DNA of 64,000 nt from assembly GCA_965233585.1 (NCBI GenBank), contig CBDDTI010000746.1:256001-320000 (forward strand). The letters are read 5' to 3'. Below, in pieces: positions 58,807 through 64,000 of this stretch. The first letter of the stretch is position 1, and each line of letters opens with the position of its first letter. This DNA comes from a bacterium. Its GTDB lineage: Bacteria > SAR324 > NAC60-12. A program made the translations under genes and the position numbers. The notes under the pieces are model-generated. The model did not search any database and had not been told where the DNA came from. It worked only from the letters and a program-made list of their open reading frames with translations.

Positions 58807-60483
58807 CTACCTTGTCAGTTTTGAGTGTCTGTGACGTGTTTCAGAATCTGAATGATTCTTTTTCCAGTATTGTTCGTAGTCAGAACAAGAGCCTTCCATG
58901 AAATAGGTGACTCCATCAGGCTCAAATGCTAAGATATGAGTGGCAACTCGGTCTAAAAACCAGCGATCGTGGCTAATGATGATAGCACTCCCTGCAAAAT
59001 TGTCCAATGCGTCTTCTAAGGCACGAATCGTGTTGACATCTAAATCATTTGTAGGTTCATCAAGCAGTAACACATTGGCTCCTGCCTTAATCACTCTGGC
59101 AAGATGCACACGATTTCTTTCTCCACCTGAAAGCACCCCAACCTTCTTTTGTTGGTCTGTCCCTGCAAAATTAAAACGAGAGACATAGGCTCTTGAGTTC
59201 ATTTCACGCTTGCCAAGTTGCAACACTTCTTGACCATCAGAAATGACCTCCCAAACCGTTTTGTCATTAGGTAACGCATCACGACTTTGATCTACATAGC
59301 CGAGTTGAACAGTATCACCCAACTTGATACTTCCTTCAGATGTTGGTTCTGCACCTGTCATCATTCTAAAAAGTGTTGTTTTACCTGCTCCATTTGGACC
59401 AATGACACCCACAATTCCCCCTGCGGGTAATGCAAAGGTCATGTCTTTGACCAGTGTTCGGACACCATACTTTTTGCTGACATTTGTCAATTCAACTACT
59501 AAGTTTCCCAGTCTGGGTCCCGGTGGGATATAAATTTCAGCATCTTTGATGGGTCTGTCACTTTGCTGGTTTAGCAAAGTTTCATAAGTTTTCAAACGTG
59601 CTTTAGATTTGCTTTGTCTGCCTTTAGGATTCATACGAATCCAGTCTAATTCATTGCTCAAAGTCTGTTGAAGCTGAAGCTCCTTTTTTTCTTCATCTTG
59701 CAATCGCTTTTGTTTCTGTTCCAGCCATGATGAATAATTCCCCTTCCAAGGAATCCCCTTGCCACGGTCTAACTCCAGAATCCACCCTGCTACATTGTCT
59801 AAGAAGTAGCGGTCGTGAGTAACGGCAATGATAGTCCCTTTGTACTGACTCAGATGATGTTCCAGCCAAGACACTGTCAGGGCGTCAAGGTGGTTGGTCG
59901 GTTCGTCAAGTAGCAAAATATCAGGTTCTTGCAAAAGTAATCTACACAGGGCAACTCTACGTTTTTCACCTCCTGACAGAATGTTGACTTTCGCATCAGG
60001 CGGGGGGCAATGAAGAGCCTGCATCGCCATTTCTAGCCTTGAATCCAAATCCCACGCATCGCGTGAGTCAATGATGTCTTGCAATTCTCCTTGTTTTGCA
60101 ATGAGTTCTGACATTTCGTCATCAGACAGCGGTTCAGAAAATTTTTCGCTAATTTGGTTAAATTCATCAATCAAACTGGCTGTCTCTGCAACACCTTCTC
60201 TCACAACCTCCATGACCGTTTTGTCAGAATCAATCAAGGGTTCTTGCTCCAAATAGCCAATGGTGTATCCTGAAGCACTGCTGATGTCTCCTTGAAATTC
60301 TGTATCTACCCCCGCCAAAATCTTCAAAAGCGTACTCTTACCAGAACCGTTCAGTCCCAATACCCCAATCTTTGCACCATAAAAGTACGAAAGCGTGATG
60401 TTTTTGAGAATGGTCTTTCCCTGATGAACTTTACTCACATGGCTCATGGAATAGATGACTTTGTTAGCAGAGTCTTGAGTCAT
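58807..60483 (-). CDS. ettA: Energy-dependent translational throttle protein (ABC-F)
   Basis: GAKIGVLGLNGSGKST, two ABC domains, KGRQSKSKAR linker. Confidence 0.95.
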   Translation of the reverse strand: MTQDSANKVIYSMSHVSKVHQGKTILKNITLSYFYGAKIGVLGLNGSGKSTLLKILAGVDTEFQGDISSASGYTIGYLEQEPLIDSDKTVMEVVREGVAETASLIDEFNQISEKFSEPLSDDEMSELIAKQGELQDIIDSRDAWDLDSRLEMAMQALHCPPPDAKVNILSGGEKRRVALCRLLLQEPDILLLDEPTNHLDALTVSWLEHHLSQYKGTIIAVTHDRYFLDNVAGWILELDRGKGIPWKGNYSSWLEQKQKRLQDEEKKELQLQQTLSNELDWIRMNPKGRQSKSKARLKTYETLLNQQSDRPIKDAEIYIPPGPRLGNLVVELTNVSKKYGVRTLVKDMTFALPAGGIVGVIGPNGAGKTTLFRMMTGAEPTSEGSIKLGDTVQLGYVDQSRDALPNDKTVWEVISDGQEVLQLGKREMNSRAYVSRFNFAGTDQQKKVGVLSGGERNRVHLARVIKAGANVLLLDEPTNDLDVNTIRALEDALDNFAGSAIIISHDRWFLDRVATHILAFEPDGVTYFMEGSCSDYEQYWKKNHSDSETRHRHSKLTR

Positions 60484-60667
60484 ACTCGGGAGTTACGAAA
60501 AATTGTTGAACGTCAAGAAAGGCGTACTAGCAGAAGAAAACTTTCGGACAGAAAGACACTAAATTCCTCACAAATGACAAGAGGAGTATTCTAACAAAAT
60601 TTTGAGAAAAAATGCAACCGCTTTTTTGTTATATGTTTAAAAAATTTTTTGTAAAAAAATCAAAGAG

Positions 60668-60892
60668 TTAGTCTAAAATATTCTTAATTTTAGACAGCAA
60701 TTTTGATTTTTGATTCCTCCTTTTGAAGATTTGAAATAAGAGGCGAAAATTGAGAATGATGAGGACAATCACACTTGAAGTTAAGATGAAAAAACTCCAT
60801 TGAGGATAGTTTTGAAGATTTTTTAAAAGTAGAGTGAGGAATTGGCTGTACTGCTCTAAAAGAACAGAGATGATGGAGTCCACTGAAGGCAT
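60668..60892 (-). CDS. Small hypothetical membrane protein
   Basis: 74 aa with one TM, starting 3 nt after the metA stop. Confidence 0.5.
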   Translation of the reverse strand: MPSVDSIISVLLEQYSQFLTLLLKNLQNYPQWSFFILTSSVIVLIILNFRLLFQIFKRRNQKSKLLSKIKNILD

Positions 60893-60895
60893 AGT

Positions 60896-61798
60896 CTAGT
60901 CATGGTCTTCTGGAGATGAGATGTTGGTATAGCAGTATTTAAGCCAATGTCCAAAGAAGACATTGCGTTGAGAACGCCATTGATTGATGGGTTTTTTAAG
61001 GTCAAAGTGGGCGGGAGGTTGGACATGAGATTTGGCAGAGTCTCTAGTCCATTCATCAACAATTCTGCTTGCATTGTATTCGGGGTGTCCCAAGTGCATG
61101 ATGTAACGATGGTCTACAGTTTCAAAGATGGTGTAACCGCAGTCATGCCCATAAGCCAACAGATTTAAAATACCTTTTTTTTCTGCTTGCTTGAGTTGTT
61201 CATCATTAATTCCTGCATGACGGCTTTGAGGACACCAAAACTCATCATCAAGCTCCCCTGTAATCAGGTGAGAAGGCACTAAATTAGAGGCAGGAAAGAC
61301 TCCAAATAATTTTTGATGATATGTAAATTTATCAATTCCTTCCAAATAAGCAAGGGCAAACCCTCCCCAGCAAATTCCAAGAGTACTGGGACACGTTTGT
61401 TTGGCATCAGTCAAGATGTCCTGAATCTCGTCCCAATACAAGACGTCTTCAAAGCGGATTTTTTCAACAGGCGCCCCTGTCACGATCAAGCCATCAAGGG
61501 GGCTTTGTATAATCGCCTCTTCATAAGAAATGTAGAGTTGATTGATGTGGTCTTGATTAGAACTTCTGTATTGATGACATTTGAGCTTCAGCCAGACAGG
61601 GTCCACTTGCAAAATAGACAAACCCAGAGGGTGCAGTAGATTGAACTCATAAGTTTGGCAAGATGGCATGATGTTCAAAATGCCTATCCGCATGGGGCGA
61701 ATGTCTTGACGCAAAGCCTGTTCTCTTGCAATACACTCTACACGATTGGCTTGCAGCAAGGACTTGGCATGATAGTTGTCAGGTAAAATAATTGTCAT
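60896..61798 (-). CDS. metA: Homoserine O-succinyl/acetyltransferase
   Basis: LNIMP, TGAPVE, ICWG, PQSRH, GHPEY. Confidence 0.93.
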   Translation of the reverse strand: MTIILPDNYHAKSLLQANRVECIAREQALRQDIRPMRIGILNIMPSCQTYEFNLLHPLGLSILQVDPVWLKLKCHQYRSSNQDHINQLYISYEEAIIQSPLDGLIVTGAPVEKIRFEDVLYWDEIQDILTDAKQTCPSTLGICWGGFALAYLEGIDKFTYHQKLFGVFPASNLVPSHLITGELDDEFWCPQSRHAGINDEQLKQAEKKGILNLLAYGHDCGYTIFETVDHRYIMHLGHPEYNASRIVDEWTRDSAKSHVQPPAHFDLKKPINQWRSQRNVFFGHWLKYCYTNISSPEDHD

Positions 61799-61844
61799 TT
61801 TGAGAAAAATCGGAAAAATGACAACAACTCTAATTGAGTGCTGT

Positions 61845-61996
61845 CAAACAAATCCTTGAAAATTGAGAAAAAATTGAAAAGTTTGTCATTTTTTGAAAAT
61901 CAACATTGGTTTTCTTATGCTTACTTATGCTTACCAAACAAACCCTTGAAAATGGAGAAAAATTGAAAAGTTTGCCATTTTTTGAAAATCAGCATT
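61845..61996. repeat. ~60-bp imperfect direct repeat upstream of metA
   Basis: CCTTGAAAAT(T/G)GAGAAAAA.TTGAAAAGTTTG.CATTTTTTGAAAATCA.CATT present twice. Confidence 0.8.
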
Positions 61997-63138
61997 CATG
62001 GTGCATTTTGTCGGACTTTTTCATAAAATGCCTCCCAGTTTCTTCCTGCTTGGTCATACCATTCTTGCATCTGTTCCACGTTTCCATGGTAACGTCTGAT
62101 GTTGATTAAATGAGCATTGTTGAGGTTCTGTGCAAAAAAGCCATCGTAGTTCAAGACATGAAACTCGTCTTTTCTCTGACGGTAAGTGTCTTTAAGTTCC
62201 TGAAAAATCTTGGCTTTTTGTGCCAGCTTCTCCTCATCGCTGGCATCTGATTTGTAAAGTGTTTTCAGCTTTTCCACAAAGCCCAAGACTAAATTGACAA
62301 AGAGTTGCCTGTCTTGCTGTCGGTCTAGGTAGTTTTGATAACGGCTTTGAGAGTCGTCTCCTTGCTGTTGTAAAAATTGACGCAGCCCCTCTTGCTCTAC
62401 AAAAGTTGCAAAGGATTCATTAAATGCAGTTTCTCCAGCAATGAAAATCTTTTGATGAGCCATTTCGTGAATGAGCGTGCCTATCAAGCTGGCTTCACTT
62501 CTATTCAAAAAGGTGTTGAGTAGTGGGTCTTTGAAGTAATCAGGAAGCCATGGATTGTTAAGCCAGCCCAAAGTAGAGTAAGCAGACACTCTCCCCACCT
62601 TCACGTCCCAGCCTTCTCGCTGGAGTTGTTCAGCAAGGTCATCAGCTTTTGCTTTGTCAAAATAACCTCTGTAAGACAAGTCTCCAACAAAGGGATACCA
62701 CCACGTTTTTGGCTCAAAATCCAGCTTTTTTGAGGCTGTGATGACTGCTGTGACGTAGGGTCTTTTGAGGTCAACATAAGAGACGTAGCTCCCCGATTGG
62801 GGCAATTTGAGATGAGAATTTGCAAAAGTGCGGATGGTTTGAATGAGTTTGAATTTGCTTTTGAGTTCATTAGGGGTCTGGTCTGACTCCAACAATTCAG
62901 TGATTTTTTGCTTTTTGTTGAGAATGTCAAGATGCCCTTGCACGACATGACTGTAATAATCTAAATCACTACATGCTGAGCCAACAAATACCAAAAATAT
63001 TAAAAAGCAACCTCTCAATCTTAAAACAGATTGACAGACTGATTGACAGGCAGACAGACAAACAGACAAGCAACTTACCTTGCCCAAAACATTCGTCTTC
63101 TTCTTTGGGGTCTTCAAAAGGAATCTCAAAGCAATCAA
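61996..63138 (-). CDS. Putative zinc aminopeptidase lipoprotein
   Basis: AYSTLGW..DP, IHEMAH...FNESFA; true start probably near 63020 (lipobox GSAC). Confidence 0.85.
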   Translation of the reverse strand: MIALRFLLKTPKKKTNVLGKVSCLSVCLSACQSVCQSVLRLRGCFLIFLVFVGSACSDLDYYSHVVQGHLDILNKKQKITELLESDQTPNELKSKFKLIQTIRTFANSHLKLPQSGSYVSYVDLKRPYVTAVITASKKLDFEPKTWWYPFVGDLSYRGYFDKAKADDLAEQLQREGWDVKVGRVSAYSTLGWLNNPWLPDYFKDPLLNTFLNRSEASLIGTLIHEMAHQKIFIAGETAFNESFATFVEQEGLRQFLQQQGDDSQSRYQNYLDRQQDRQLFVNLVLGFVEKLKTLYKSDASDEEKLAQKAKIFQELKDTYRQRKDEFHVLNYDGFFAQNLNNAHLINIRRYHGNVEQMQEWYDQAGRNWEAFYEKVRQNAP

Positions 63139-63148
63139 CGGCTTGAAC

Positions 63149-63859
63149 TTATTCAGCGATGTAAACGATGCGGAAGCAAAAGGGGCAACTGCGGTAAGAA
63201 TCAGGGTGTGTTCTCATCTCATTCAAAAGTTGGGGCAAAAGCTCAGTATTACAACCTGTGCAACTAGTGCCAGTGACTCTGGCAAAGACAGGGTAAAGCC
63301 CCCTTTCTAAACAACGGTTGTAAAATTGGAGCAATTTAGGTTCTAGTTGCGAAAGAATCTTGTCATAGTCTTTGGTATTCTTGGCAATCTGTTTCTTTAA
63401 GTGTTCAGATTGATTTTGCAGGTCGCCAACGGACTGTTCAAAAAAGTTGGTCTGTTCAGACACTTGAGTTTTGGCAGTGTCTAGGGTGGACTCTAAACCT
63501 TCTATTTTTTCTTCATATTCCAAATATTCATCTTCTAATTGTGAACACAACTTGCGAACGTCCTTGACCTGCATTTTACTGGCAATGAACTCTTTTTGAT
63601 TCCGAATTTGCATGACCTGCTTTTCCATCGTCTTCAGTCTTGAGGTGTTTTCTTCCAGCCTTTGCTTGACAGACTCAAAGGCTGTTTTGGCAGTCTGATA
63701 TTCTTCTTCTTTTTGTTGCATCTCTTGTTCTGCTTGGGTCAACGCATGACGCACTACGGCAATTTCTGCTTCTACATCGTTTAACTTACGTTTGTTGTGA
63801 TTGAGTTCACGTTCTGTATCATCTAGCAAAGCGAGTGTCTGAATTGAATCAAGACTCAT
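63149..63859 (-). CDS. Coiled-coil protein with C4 zinc ribbon (DUF164-like)
   Basis: Long coiled coil with CTGC...CPFCFRI; start at MSLDS after AGGAG. Confidence 0.88.
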   Translation of the reverse strand: MSLDSIQTLALLDDTERELNHNKRKLNDVEAEIAVVRHALTQAEQEMQQKEEEYQTAKTAFESVKQRLEENTSRLKTMEKQVMQIRNQKEFIASKMQVKDVRKLCSQLEDEYLEYEEKIEGLESTLDTAKTQVSEQTNFFEQSVGDLQNQSEHLKKQIAKNTKDYDKILSQLEPKLLQFYNRCLERGLYPVFARVTGTSCTGCNTELLPQLLNEMRTHPDSYRSCPFCFRIVYIAE

Positions 63860-64000
63860 AAAAAAACTCCTAAAGAAATGAGGTTTGCAAACAAAACAGA
63901 CCATTCTATCCTAACCTGCTGGAAAGTTTCAAATCTTCTACAAAGACGCCTACTTCCTCCTAAACAAACCAGACAGACCATGCTATCATTTTGACATGAA

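Noticed and set aside
63027..63070. CAGA-type microsatellite as a phase-variation switch
   Set aside because: The repeat is imperfect and probably lies upstream of the true start codon.

Overview
Bacterial chromosomal window, moderately AT-rich, with a gene style suggestive of a deltaproteobacterium/SAR324-like organism (tentative). It carries an imelysin/di-haem iron-uptake operon, core genes (queE, waaA, gltX, tsaC, tsaE/tsaB, ubiE, ilvC, typA, argB, ftsA-ftsZ, ettA, metA) and a probable acquired metabolic block (pntAA/AB/B, fghA, frmA, an agmatinase-family gene, a polysaccharide-deacetylase-family gene and a BMP-type ABC transporter). The most unusual part is a defence island at about 33.5-42.8 kb. 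It is an EcoR124-like type IC R-M locus (hsdR, hsdS, no hsdM in the window) interleaved with an Abi/DRT-like reverse transcriptase, a RhuM-like gene, a GxxExxY nuclease gene, YhcG, a Fic remnant and IS1. A family of CCACAGATRAACAC palindromic arms runs through the island. The arms enclose the GxxExxY gene, occur as internally deleted miniatures of that unit, and sit at the junctions of hsdS modules. The RT start codon is in frame with a duplicated hsdS 3' end. All calls rest on motif recognition by eye; no searches were run.
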